Shown one piece after another: positions 31,228 through 39,839 of a DNA stretch of 45,219 nt; position 1 is the stretch's first letter, and each line of letters opens with the position of its first letter. This DNA is from a virus (Duplodnaviria > Heunggongvirae > Uroviricota > Caudoviricetes): positions 1 to 45,219 of the IMG/VR virus record IMGVR_UViG_2740892444_000003, one strand, 5' to 3'. A model generated the notes under the pieces. The model did not search any database. It was not told where the DNA came from and saw only the letters and a program-made list of their open reading frames with translations. Made by a program: the position numbers and the translations under genes.

Positions 31228-31949
31228 TAAGCAGCCTCCCCTGTTACTTTCAGCATTCCGTTATCGAGCAGCTTTCTGGTCAGCCACTGTTGACCACGCC
31301 CGGTGATTTTTGTGGTGAACGATATCTGTATTCCGTGATTTGTGTTGACCGCTGTTTCTTTCACTGTGAAATAGCCGCGATCCATATATTCCTGCATTGG
31401 CACATTTCGCCGGGAACCTGAAGCAATAAGGATTTTGTGATCGCGCATCCATGCAAACAGTTTGTTTTGACCAATACCGACAACCTTTGCAAAGTTTCCA
31501 ATCAAAATTCCGCTGGCCTCGCCAACGCGATCGGCAAACTCAACTTTAGGTGCGGCAATTGCGAGCTGGTTTTCCAGTTGCATTTTCTGCTCAGCAAGAT
31601 CAGCAGCAAGGCGCAACGCTTCTGGTAGCGTTTTGGGGATATTAACCGCAGCTTCTTCAAGCTCTCGCCAACGGTCAACAAGACGAGCGGTGAATTCCGG
31701 CGACAACTGAGCGACGACAATAATGCTGTCTCGCTTACCTTGTTCGCCCTCAAAAACGTAAGCCTCTACGCCACGAAGTAATCCTAAGTTATTGATTTTT
31801 TCGAAAACCACCATTGGGGGATTTCGGATCACACCTCGAGCCGCCAGTCGTTCAATAGATTGTTTCACCTTGTCATGACGACTTCCCACCAACTCAGCGA
31901 TTTCAATGCTTGTCATTTTGATGGCATTGCCATTTATTAACTCATTCAT
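31227..31949 (-). CDS. Phage antirepressor (Rha/Ant family)
   Basis: 240-aa ORF with N-terminal HTH-like region and antirepressor-like C-terminal domain. Confidence 0.55.
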   Translation of the reverse strand: MNELINGNAIKMTSIEIAELVGSRHDKVKQSIERLAARGVIRNPPMVVFEKINNLGLLRGVEAYVFEGEQGKRDSIIVVAQLSPEFTARLVDRWRELEEAAVNIPKTLPEALRLAADLAEQKMQLENQLAIAAPKVEFADRVGEASGILIGNFAKVVGIGQNKLFAWMRDHKILIASGSRRNVPMQEYMDRGYFTVKETAVNTNHGIQISFTTKITGRGQQWLTRKLLDNGMLKVTGEAA

Positions 31950-32118
31950 CGTCTTCTTCCTCGTACATTGAGCTATTCGGATCGCTCATCAGTTCTGCGC
32001 AGCAATCTGAGCACACGTGAACTTCCAGCACATGCAGCTTCTGACCGCATTTAGCGCACGTTAAAGCTCGCTCGACGCTTTCTTTCTGGTATTGAAGGGA
32101 TTGGGATGGGCTAAGCAT
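31942..32118 (-). CDS. Small zinc-ribbon protein (58 aa)
   Basis: Hand-translated ORF (not in track, below 60 aa) MLSPSQSLQYQKESVERALTCAKCGQKLHVLEVHVCSDCCAEL...; CxxC...CxxCC motif; overlaps neighbours by a few nt. Confidence 0.35.
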   Translation of the reverse strand: MLSPSQSLQYQKESVERALTCAKCGQKLHVLEVHVCSDCCAELMSDPNSSMYEEEDDE

Positions 32119-32494
32119 TATTGGCGTCCTGCATCATGAGAAAGACAATCATGGCGGCACGGAGTGGATTGTCATATGCGACACCAACATTCGGTCCGGC
32201 ATCATCAAACAAGTCCCTTGCGTTGTCTGTAGCGCACGGCATTGAGGGATTGTCTAAAATTATGCTGATGTTGTTTTCAGTGATAATCGGCCATGCGTCT
32301 GCTGGGTTTGCGCATGGGTTAAAGGATCCGCGCTCAACCTCTACTTCAACTGCGTCTCCGTTTACAATGTCTCCCTCAAATGAGATAAACACCATCGCGC
32401 CATTCTCACCTTCTTTGTAATCCGGTGATCCGTTATGAATGGCTTCGAATACCGCCACGTTAATTTCAAAATCACTTAACTGTGAATAATCCAT
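32111..32494 (-). CDS. NinX-like phage protein
   Basis: ORF starting at internal ATG (MDYSQLSDFE...); nin-region position. Confidence 0.4.
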   Translation of the reverse strand: MDYSQLSDFEINVAVFEAIHNGSPDYKEGENGAMVFISFEGDIVNGDAVEVEVERGSFNPCANPADAWPIITENNISIILDNPSMPCATDNARDLFDDAGPNVGVAYDNPLRAAMIVFLMMQDANNA

Positions 32495-32496
32495 TG

Positions 32497-32673
32497 TCAC
32501 TTCCTCGCACGATGTCTTAGCCACCGGATATCCCACAGGTGAGCCGTGTAATTGAAGGTTTTTACGTCAGATTCTTTTGGGATTGGCTTGCGTTTATTTC
32601 TGGAGCGTTTCGTTGGAAGGTATTTGCAGTTTTCGCAGATGATGTCAGTGATGCTTCGTCGCTGTCGTCTCAT
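32497..32673 (-). CDS. ninE: NinE-like small protein
   Basis: 58-aa ORF from internal ATG ([23 protein letters not shown]...), recognised as NinE-like; overlaps the Dam gene stop by 4 nt. Confidence 0.4.
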   Translation of the reverse strand: MRRQRRSITDIICENCKYLPTKRSRNKRKPIPKESDVKTFNYTAHLWDIRWLRHRARK

Positions 32674-33196
32674 GCAGCCCTCCTGACGCCCTGCCCGATC
32701 GCCATCAATGCCGCTTTGGATACGGTAGTAAACATCCGTCGAGGACTGATGAACGGTCGCCAAATCAGCAGCATGGAGCCTTTGCTGTTTCCCTTCTTCT
32801 CCAGCCCTGTCGATGGTTCGATAAAATTAATCCGTCCATCAGTGATGATGCGAACTTCGTCAACACTCTCCAGAGCCTTGCTGAACCATCCGACTGACAT
32901 ATCCTCTGGCACAAGCATAACTACCGTCTGTCGCTGTTGTATGCACTGCTCAGCGGCTTTTTCCACCCACGGCCTGATATTGCTGTACGGTGGGTTATTC
33001 CAGATTGCACCGTGGCTTATCCACTCAGAATTTAGCGCGTCGTCGGCCTCAGTTAACCAGTGAGCGCACAGAGCATTTTTGTCGCTCGCTGCCGAATCCA
33101 GCCAGAATCCAAACTCAATATCCAGTGCATCAAAAAGCCAAAGCGGCGTTTGCCAGCAGTCCTTGTCGTGTGCTGGCGTATTTGATTTGATAGTCA
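32670..33196 (-). CDS. Phage DNA N6-adenine methyltransferase
   Basis: ORF from ATG (MTIKSN...) containing the catalytic NPPY motif (WNNPPYSN). Confidence 0.65.
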
Positions 33197-33634
33197 TGCA
33201 GCCCGATCTCCCCATCTCGCTTTCCATTCCAGAGCCAGTCGCGCTTCGTCTGACCACTTAACGCCACGCTCTGTACCGAATGCCTGTATAAGCTCTAATA
33301 GCTCCGCAAATTCGCCTACACGCATCCTGCTGGTTGACTGGCCTATTACCACAAAGCCATTCCCGGCAAGGTTAGGAACAACATCCTGCTGCTTTAATGC
33401 TGCGGTAAACACACACTTCCAGCTTTCTGCATCCAGCCAGCGACCATGCCATTCAACCTGACGAGAGACGTCACCAAGGCAAGCCCAAAGCTTTCGATTC
33501 TGGTCTAAGCTGCGGTTGCGTTCCTGAATGGTTACTACGATTGGTTTGGTTGGGTCTGGAAGAATTTGCTGTACCGCGTGAATAGCGTTTTGCTGATGTG
33601 CCGGAGATCGAATTTCAAAGGTTAGTTTTTTCAT
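33194..33634 (-). CDS. ninB: NinB recombination protein
   Basis: 146-aa protein from ATG (MKKLTFEIRSPAHQQNAIHAVQQILPDPTKPIVV...), essentially lambda NinB as recalled. Confidence 0.85.
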   Translation of the reverse strand: MKKLTFEIRSPAHQQNAIHAVQQILPDPTKPIVVTIQERNRSLDQNRKLWACLGDVSRQVEWHGRWLDAESWKCVFTAALKQQDVVPNLAGNGFVVIGQSTSRMRVGEFAELLELIQAFGTERGVKWSDEARLALEWKARWGDRAA

Positions 33635-33710
33635 GACTTCCCTCTCCCCCAAATAAAAAGGCCTGCGATTACCAGCAGGCCTGTTATTAGCTCAGTGATG
33701 TAGATGGTCA

Positions 33711-35147
33711 TCAGAATCCTCCTTTCTTCTTGGACTGCGGCTCCTCGCGTTCACGGCGGCGCATTTCAGCAGACTGTTGGTCTGTGTCATAAATAGCGCC
33801 ATTTGCCTGAATGCAATACACCGTGCCGGTATTGCCATGACGATTGAGACGAAGGATTAGTTCAGTTTCACCAGGTGGAACACTGTCATCAAAAGCGCCT
33901 TCACGATGGATCCCGACCCAATAATCGCAATCCTGTTCAATCTGCCCTGTATCCCGTGAGTCACTTGGTAATGGGCGTTTATTGGTTCGGCTTTCCAGTG
34001 CGCGGTTAAGCTGCGTCAGAAGCACAACAACGCAATCAAGCTCTTTGGCAAGGTTCTTCAGTCCTTTGGTGATCATGCCGTAGGCAAGGTCGTTGCGATC
34101 GGCCTTCTCAGCGGTCATTAGTGTCAGGTAATCGACCAGAATCATGCCAACGCATCCTTTTTCTCGCTTGATTCGACGGCTTTCGCTGACGATTTGAGCC
34201 AGAGATAATCCCGGCGTGTCGTCGATGTAAAGCAGGTCGATTTCACTCAAACGATTAGCTGTTTCGATCGCCCTGTTGAAGTCACCATCGTAATCACCCT
34301 GATAGCCGTCATCAGCGTCATTTGTCGCCGGAAGGTAAAAAATATTCGGGTTAACACCTGACTTCTGTCCCACCAGTTTTTCCAGTATCTGGTCACCTGG
34401 CATTTCAAGGCTGAACATCAGAGCGGGCTTTTTCTCATGCACTGCGCAGTTGATTGCCATCTGGCTGTATAGCGTCGTTTTCCCCATCTTAGGGCGAGCG
34501 CCAATGACAAACAGAGAGCCTTTCACCAGACCTTTCGGTGACAGCATCCTGTCCAGCGATGGGATCCCCGTGCTCATTCCTCGTTGTTCGCCTGACGGGT
34601 CAAATCGCTTCTCAAGGTCGCTAACCCAGTCTTCCATGACCTCACCAAATGAGCGAAGGCCGCGACGCGATCCGGTTTTTGCATGGTCTGTCAGTTGCGT
34701 GAAAATCGCCTGAATAGCTTCGTACTTCTGCGTTGCAGTCATTCCGTTGCGGGAATAGAGCAATTCCGTCGCTTCAGTCATGCGGTTTATGGCGTAGCGT
34801 TCCATTGCGGTTTCACGAACCTGCATTGCATAGGCAACGATGTTTGCTGCGCTTGGCGTGTTTTTTGCGATCTCAGCGATATAAGCAAAACCGCCAACAG
34901 ACGCCGTTAACGATTTACGCTCCAGTTCATCGAAAAGCGTCAGGCCATCTACTGGCTTTTGCTCCCGGTGCATTCTGGTTATTTCTTCGAAAAGGATTTT
35001 GTGTGGTCGGCCGTAAAATGAATCAGGCTTCAGCATCGCCAGAACTTTCTGGACGCGCTCACTGCTGTCATCATCCAGAAGCAATCCACCAATCACCGCC
35101 TGCTCTGCCTCGATGCTATGGGGCGGCGCATAAAAATTATCGGTCAT
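33711..35147 (-). CDS. Replicative DNA helicase (DnaB family)
   Basis: Helicase signatures: Walker A GARPKMGKT and conserved DnaB-type blocks; ATG start chosen at MTDNFY (track ORF starts at a GTG at 35162). Confidence 0.8.
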   Translation of the reverse strand: MTDNFYAPPHSIEAEQAVIGGLLLDDDSSERVQKVLAMLKPDSFYGRPHKILFEEITRMHREQKPVDGLTLFDELERKSLTASVGGFAYIAEIAKNTPSAANIVAYAMQVRETAMERYAINRMTEATELLYSRNGMTATQKYEAIQAIFTQLTDHAKTGSRRGLRSFGEVMEDWVSDLEKRFDPSGEQRGMSTGIPSLDRMLSPKGLVKGSLFVIGARPKMGKTTLYSQMAINCAVHEKKPALMFSLEMPGDQILEKLVGQKSGVNPNIFYLPATNDADDGYQGDYDGDFNRAIETANRLSEIDLLYIDDTPGLSLAQIVSESRRIKREKGCVGMILVDYLTLMTAEKADRNDLAYGMITKGLKNLAKELDCVVVLLTQLNRALESRTNKRPLPSDSRDTGQIEQDCDYWVGIHREGAFDDSVPPGETELILRLNRHGNTGTVYCIQANGAIYDTDQQSAEMRRREREEPQSKKKGGF

Positions 35148-36036
35148 CGTGTTCACCCTCACGAACTTTCAGGTAGGTATTGTCGTTAAGCAGGAAATCA
35201 AATCCCTTTTTGTGCCAGACGGTTCCGCGTTGATGGTTTGGACGCTCTTCGAACATCCATCGGCAATTTTCGCCTACGTAGCTCAAATAATTTCTCCAGT
35301 CCTGCATCGTGAACCCATGCCCGTCAAGCTGGCGGGTTATCACTCCGGCTTTGCGCCAGAACGTTCGGATCTGGTTTTTACGCTTGTCATTCAGTGCGCG
35401 GATTCTTGGCGCTTCAGGAAGGATTTCGTGGTAAGCATCAACAACATCCTGACAGCTAACGGAAGGTTTTTTCTTGTCAGACTTTTTGTCTGCTGCGGTA
35501 CTCTCTAATACGTCAGTATTAGAGATAATATTATTATATTCTTTATCTGTGGTAATTTGCTGGTAATCTGCTGGTACAGTATTGCTTGCAGGCATTGGTA
35601 TTGCTGGCTTTGAGGTGGTAATTTGCTGGTAATCTGCTGGTACAAAATTTGACTGATAATCGTCATATTTCTCTACCGAGAAAACTGAGAATTTACCGTG
35701 TGAAACCCAGTCAATCATGCCGAGTTTTTTGAACTTTCTAAGCAGGTACTGAACGCGATCTGGTTTGAGTCCTGTTTCAAACGCCAGAGAGTTTCTACCG
35801 CCAAGTAGCTTCCCTCTGCCTACCAGAATTTCTCCTGCGTCAGTCATTACATACTCAGGCGTATGCTTTGCTTTGAGGATTAAGTGAACCCACAGATGCG
35901 CAGCTTCTGCGTCCTTGTAAAACGGCACATCCATAATTTTACGGTGCAGCAAGGCATACCCCTTACCGCTGCTTTGATGCGGTTGTTGTAGCCTTCTGGC
36001 CTCTCTGGCTTCGGCTAGATTAGATATGTTACTCAT
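35137..36036 (-). CDS. Replication initiation protein (lambda O-like) containing the origin iterons
   Basis: 299-aa ORF upstream of the helicase; encodes the duplicated peptide [10 protein letters not shown] corresponding to DNA iterons. Confidence 0.7.
   Translation of the reverse strand: MSNISNLAEAREARRLQQPHQSSGKGYALLHRKIMDVPFYKDAEAAHLWVHLILKAKHTPEYVMTDAGEILVGRGKLLGGRNSLAFETGLKPDRVQYLLRKFKKLGMIDWVSHGKFSVFSVEKYDDYQSNFVPADYQQITTSKPAIPMPASNTVPADYQQITTDKEYNNIISNTDVLESTAADKKSDKKKPSVSCQDVVDAYHEILPEAPRIRALNDKRKNQIRTFWRKAGVITRQLDGHGFTMQDWRNYLSYVGENCRWMFEERPNHQRGTVWHKKGFDFLLNDNTYLKVREGEHDDR
35521..35644. repeat. Putative origin of replication: two ~30-bp direct repeats built from TGGTAAT(T/C)TGC iterons, adjacent to an AT-rich block
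   Basis: GGTAATTTGCTGGTAATCTGCTGGTACA at 35548..35578 and 35614..35644; AT-rich AGAGATAATATTATTATATTCTTTATC at 35521..35547. Confidence 0.6.
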
Positions 36037-36207
36037 GACCTTTCTCCTTCTGCATCAGCTTCACTTTTTCCAACTCAGCCCGGAATCGACCAGGCTGCTT
36101 GAAGCTGGACAGGAAGCGATCACGTAGTATGTGTTTGTGAATTTTGTCCTGGTAAGGACTGAGTTGTTTTGTCATAATGACTCCTGTGGATTGATCCAGT
36201 AATTCCC

Positions 36208-36504
36208 TCAGAATTGCATATCAATTTGCTTAAAATCCTCGGTGGCGGCCGGGGATTTTTTCTTTGTGATTTCATCAAGCGCATACTTAAAAGCCCTGCT
36301 AATCGGACTGATGTCTGATGCCATTCCGAAAGCACACAAGACCGAAGCAATAAATCTCCAGTCCGTTCTGCTTATCTTCGATTCATGACAGCCAATCATC
36401 TTTGCCAGACCGCGCTGGGTAATAGCTGACAGATTGATAAGTAAATCTGTTTCTGCGCGATCAACGTCACGCTGTGATAGTTTGCTGTAACTTGTTCTTT
36501 CCAT
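36208..36504 (-). CDS. cII: CII-like transcriptional activator
   Basis: 98-aa ORF with HTH and C-terminal [18 protein letters not shown] resembling lambda CII (KKRPAATERSEQIQMEF). Confidence 0.7.
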   Translation of the reverse strand: MERTSYSKLSQRDVDRAETDLLINLSAITQRGLAKMIGCHESKISRTDWRFIASVLCAFGMASDISPISRAFKYALDEITKKKSPAATEDFKQIDMQF

Positions 36505-36589
36505 TTCTTAAGATTTCCAATAGTGAATAGTTAGTTGAAAGGTATGCGTGGAAACGCATATGGCCTTAGTTGGTCAGATATCTTGGGGC

Positions 36590-36635
36590 TCGCTTTTCAG
36601 CGACGTAGGACGAATGTCCATTGTTACAAAGAGCG
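36590..36635 (-). promoter_or_regulatory. nutR-like site (boxA CGCTCTTTG and boxB hairpin TCGCT-GAAAA-AGCGA)
   Basis: Read on the minus strand between cro and cII; boxB has a 5-bp stem and GAAAA pentaloop like lambda boxB. Confidence 0.55.
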
Positions 36636-36642
36636 GGGTTAC

Positions 36643-36876
36643 TTATGCTGCTGATGCTCTACGCGATACGAACACCAGATTTTCCTTTTTCACAGGTTTA
36701 TAACCCGTGAAATTACGAGTGGCTTCTTCGATTGCATTCGCTTTATCTGGGGAAGCTCTTCGAAACCCATATGCAATCTGATCAAGATAGCCAACTGAAG
36801 TATTCGCTAATGCGGCGAGTCGCTTCCATTCCTCACTAGAAGCCTCTTTTCGCCAGCGTAGTAGTTCATTACTCAT
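36643..36876 (-). CDS. cro: Cro-like repressor (HTH)
   Basis: 77-aa ORF divergent from cI across the operator region; first gene of the rightward early operon. Confidence 0.6.
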   Translation of the reverse strand: MSNELLRWRKEASSEEWKRLAALANTSVGYLDQIAYGFRRASPDKANAIEEATRNFTGYKPVKKENLVFVSRRASAA

Positions 36877-36989
36877 TAGTGCCTCCGTTTATCACACAGA
36901 GCAACTTTACCATTTTGATAAATAAACTGCAATGGAGATTTATCAAAATGCGTATTTATCCATTTGCTAAATAGAGGGAGAATCGTGGG
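36877..36989. promoter_or_regulatory. Divergent immunity promoter/operator region (OR/PR/PRM analogue)
   Basis: 113-bp AT-rich gap between cro and cI with repeated TTTATC(A/C)/GATAAA half-sites, e.g. TTTACCATTTTGATAAA at 36906..36922. Confidence 0.55.
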
Positions 36990-37694
36990 ATGGAAAACAA
37001 AGATATTCGCAAATCGAATCTGGCGTTTTTGCTAGATGAGCATAAAAAAATCGCTGGTAACACTAATGCAAGCTTTGCCGATAAGCTTGGAGTTAGCCCT
37101 TCTCAACTCACGCAAGTCTCCGGTGAAAAAAGCACTCGAAACATAGGGGATAAACTAGCAAGAAAATTCGAAGCCGCACTTGGGTTACCTAATGGGTGGC
37201 TTGATTTGGTACATGATGTAACACCAATTGCATCATGCTCAGATTCTTTAACTTTTGTCGGTCAGGTAAGAAAAGGGTTAGTGCGCGTGGTTGGTGAGGC
37301 AATTCTTGGTGTTGATGGTGCCATCGAGATGACCGAAGAGCGCGATGGGTGGCTCAAGATTTATAGCGATGATCCAGATGCCTTTGGTCTTCGTGTGAAA
37401 GGAGACAGCATGTGGCCTAGAATAAAATCAGGAGAATATGTACTCATTGAGCCTAACACCAAAGTATTCCCGGGTGATGAGGTGTTTGTCAGAACCGTTG
37501 AAGGACACAACATGATCAAAGTTCTTGGCTATGACAGAGACGGAGAATACCAGTTTACAAGCATCAACCAGGACCATAGGCCAATAACGTTGCCTTATCA
37601 TCAAGTAGCAAAGGTGGAGTATGTGGCTGGTATTCTGAAGCAATCTCGCCATCTGGATGACATCGAGGCAAGGGAGTGGCTGAAAAGTTCGTGA
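36990..37694 (+). CDS. cI: CI-like repressor with LexA/S24 autopeptidase domain
   Basis: N-terminal HTH and C-terminal S24 domain (GDSMWPRIKSGEYVLIEP...), divergent from cro. Confidence 0.85.
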   Translation: MENKDIRKSNLAFLLDEHKKIAGNTNASFADKLGVSPSQLTQVSGEKSTRNIGDKLARKFEAALGLPNGWLDLVHDVTPIASCSDSLTFVGQVRKGLVRVVGEAILGVDGAIEMTEERDGWLKIYSDDPDAFGLRVKGDSMWPRIKSGEYVLIEPNTKVFPGDEVFVRTVEGHNMIKVLGYDRDGEYQFTSINQDHRPITLPYHQVAKVEYVAGILKQSRHLDDIEAREWLKSS

Positions 37695-37860
37695 CTTCAT
37701 CGTCACATAGCTGATAGCCAGTGGCCTGAAGAGACGTTTGGGTAATTCCAATTGTTATTTATGAACAGTCAATTCCGCCAGATTGGTGATGATGACAAGC
37801 CGCTATGGCTTAGCTTCAACATGAATACATTCATCGTAACCACAGCAGGGAGTTTAACGA

Positions 37861-38865
37861 ATGAATTCTATTGAAAATCATGATGTTTATGTGTATACAG
37901 GCGATATTCATCGTGATGGTTATCTTGATCTCACCAATGAAATCAAGAAACGTAAGTCACAACATGGATTAAAAGAAAATGTTATCTTCTGTGTTGCTAC
38001 TTATGGCGGTGATCCAAATGCAGGTTATCGTATAGGTAGAGCTCTACAGCACCATTATGAAACGGTAACACTTTTAGTTGTTGGACCATGCAAAAGTGCT
38101 GGTACACTAATAGCTATAGCAGCCAATAAACTTGTTATTGGCGACATGGGGGAGCTTGGACCATTAGATATCCAACTGAAAAAAAACGATGAAATAGGTG
38201 AAATGAGTTCTGGTTTAGCTATCATGACAGCTCTTGATGCTCTAAAGGAACGCTCTATTTCAGCGTTTAACTCACACCTTGTTAAGATAAGGTACGAAAA
38301 TCAGATCAGTACTAAAATGTCTGCTGATATCGCAACCAGACTTACAGAAGCGTTGATAGCACCTATGGCCGCACAGATAGATCCTATAAAGCTTGGTGAA
38401 CATCAGCGCGCAATGAGTATAGCTATCACTTATGGTCAACGATTAGCAGACAAACCAAGCAGCCTAAAAGAAGGGGCGTTAGGCAAACTAATAGCCTCAT
38501 ATCCTTCACATGGATTTGTTATCGACAGAAAAGAAGCCAAGGAACTTTTCAAGTGTGTTGAACATCCTGAAGGCATAACAGAAATACTCTATAATCTTTT
38601 CTGTGACAAAATTCATAGTGGTGAAATTCCAACATTTGGAAAGCCAAGAGTAATGGATTTCACTGTTTCCCAACAAGATAAAGAGGAATACACTAATGCC
38701 GAAGAATCTGCAACCGGAGATGGAAGTTCTCAACAGGATGCTGGAAAGCCAGATCCAGGAAGGTCGCGATCTGGCAAGAAAAGCGGAACAACACCTGAAC
38801 GAGATCAAGAAGGAATTGGAGCCGTATCAATTCAACCACCAGATGAACAGCAACCTAATGCGTGA
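37861..38865 (+). CDS. ClpP-fold serine peptidase (SDH/S49-like) in the rex position
   Basis: Motifs VATYGGDPNAGYRIGRAL and VVGPCKSAGTLIAIAA resemble the oxyanion/active-site Ser region of SDH/SppA/ClpP-clan peptidases; last ~55 codons are Gly/Ser/Pro-rich and overlap another ORF. Confidence 0.55.
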   Translation: MNSIENHDVYVYTGDIHRDGYLDLTNEIKKRKSQHGLKENVIFCVATYGGDPNAGYRIGRALQHHYETVTLLVVGPCKSAGTLIAIAANKLVIGDMGELGPLDIQLKKNDEIGEMSSGLAIMTALDALKERSISAFNSHLVKIRYENQISTKMSADIATRLTEALIAPMAAQIDPIKLGEHQRAMSIAITYGQRLADKPSSLKEGALGKLIASYPSHGFVIDRKEAKELFKCVEHPEGITEILYNLFCDKIHSGEIPTFGKPRVMDFTVSQQDKEEYTNAEESATGDGSSQQDAGKPDPGRSRSGKKSGTTPERDQEGIGAVSIQPPDEQQPNA

Positions 38866-38881
38866 TCTCTTTGCTCTGTAA
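38696..38881 (+). CDS. Small helical protein (61 aa) overlapping the 3' end of the peptidase gene in the +1 frame
   Basis: AAGAGGA RBS 8 nt upstream of ATG 38696; protein-like helical sequence; followed directly by a terminator. Confidence 0.4.
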   Translation: MPKNLQPEMEVLNRMLESQIQEGRDLARKAEQHLNEIKKELEPYQFNHQMNSNLMRDLFAL

Positions 38882-38895
38882 TTAATTCCTCACAT

Positions 38896-38922
38896 CCCGG
38901 CCTCAGCGCCGGGTTTTCTTTG
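38896..38922 (+). terminator. Intrinsic terminator after the cI-peptidase operon
   Basis: CCCGGC-loop-GCCGGG hairpin followed by TTTTCTTTG. Confidence 0.6.
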
Positions 38923-39089
38923 CCTCACGTTCGCCCCAAAACACATAACCAATTGTATTTATTTGAAAATTAACAGATACAACTCACTAAAACGCGCAAT
39001 TCTGATCCCCCTCAAGTCTCTTTATTCCTTCTGATAAATTCCTGCAATCAAATAAAAAACCATAATAATCAACAGGATATTTGAAAACA

Positions 39090-39140
39090 AAAACAATTTA
39101 TCATTTTGCTATTGCCATTAATTTATCATTTCGATAAAGT
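39090..39140 (+). promoter_or_regulatory. Leftward operator/promoter region (OL/PL analogue)
   Basis: 17-bp dyad ATTTATCATTTCGATAAAG (39121..39139) plus another TTTATCA at 39097, same half-site family as the cro-cI region. Confidence 0.5.
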
Positions 39141-39186
39141 TAACTCATCAGCAGGACGCTGGAAGCCAAACGGAACAGACTGGCAG

Positions 39187-39232
39187 GCTCTTTAAACAAC
39201 GTCGAACACTCGACTACGTGGCTGAAAAGCCA
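39187..39232 (+). promoter_or_regulatory. nutL-like site (boxA GCTCTTTAA and boxB hairpin TGGCT-GAAAA-AGCCA)
   Basis: Located ~100 nt upstream of the N-like gene; boxB stem-loop with GAAAA loop mirrors the nutR hairpin. Confidence 0.55.
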
Positions 39233-39330
39233 GATCACCCAACCACATAAGCTGTGGGATGCAATGCCGAAGCAACCGTCTCAGGAGGGGCTTCGAGATT
39301 GCATCGCCAAAGTTTATTCGGGAGGAATCT

Positions 39331-39603
39331 ATGTCCAGAAAAACAGAATTTAAAGGCACCTCAGCTTCTCGCCGTAGAGCTCGTCGCGCAAACCTGCAAA
39401 GTCAGGAGGCGATCAGCTCCGACAAGCTACACAGGCCAACCCCTTCACGAGTGGTCTTGCAATGCAAGCGCAAACCAGCAATGAGAGCAGAAGTGATAAC
39501 TCTGACAACGTTGACCAGAAAATATGAAGGTTCAACTTGTCTTCCGAACGTAGCCATTTACGCGGCAGGCTACAGGAAATCAAAACAACTGACAGCAAGG
39601 TGA
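39331..39603 (+). CDS. N: N-like transcription antiterminator with arginine-rich motif
   Basis: 90-aa basic protein with N-terminal ARM (TSASRRRARRANLQSQ) and GGAGGA RBS; first gene of the leftward operon after nutL. Confidence 0.6.
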   Translation: MSRKTEFKGTSASRRRARRANLQSQEAISSDKLHRPTPSRVVLQCKRKPAMRAEVITLTTLTRKYEGSTCLPNVAIYAAGYRKSKQLTAR

Positions 39604-39666
39604 CTTGTGTTGGTCGCCAGAAACAACGCGGAAAATCAATTCCAGCTTATTACGATTGAGGTAGTC

Positions 39667-39831
39667 ATGCTCAAGAAAGTCAAACGCCGACTTTACAAAG
39701 AAGGTAGATATTCATGTCAATTGCCAAAATGCGACACAACAAAATGGAGTGTCGATGATTGGTGTAACTGGATAGATAGATACGGAACTTGGTGGGAGCG
39801 TATTTATTTTCGCAGCAAACCACTTATTTGA
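39667..39831 (+). CDS. Small Cys/Trp-rich hypothetical protein (54 aa)
   Basis: ATG with GAGG RBS; track ORF begins upstream at a GTG. Confidence 0.35.
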   Translation: MLKKVKRRLYKEGRYSCQLPKCDTTKWSVDDWCNWIDRYGTWWERIYFRSKPLI

Positions 39832-39839
39832 GGTGAGAT

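Noticed and set aside
36120-36350. 76-aa minus-strand ORF overlapping the cII gene
   Set aside because: Out of frame within the well-supported cII gene, with Pro/Arg-rich low-complexity sequence. A separate 48-aa ORF between cII and O (about 36029..36175) was noticed but is too uncertain to call.
36541-36563. Palindrome ATGCGTGGAAACGCAT between cro and cII as a tR1 terminator
   Set aside because: A hairpin is possible but no adjacent T-run on the transcribed strand; left uncalled.
39254-39484. 76-aa ORF in an alternative frame over the N-like gene, and the longer 114-aa version of N starting at 39259
   Set aside because: The ATG at 39331 has a strong GGAGGA RBS and gives the arginine-rich motif at the N-terminus; the alternatives lack both.
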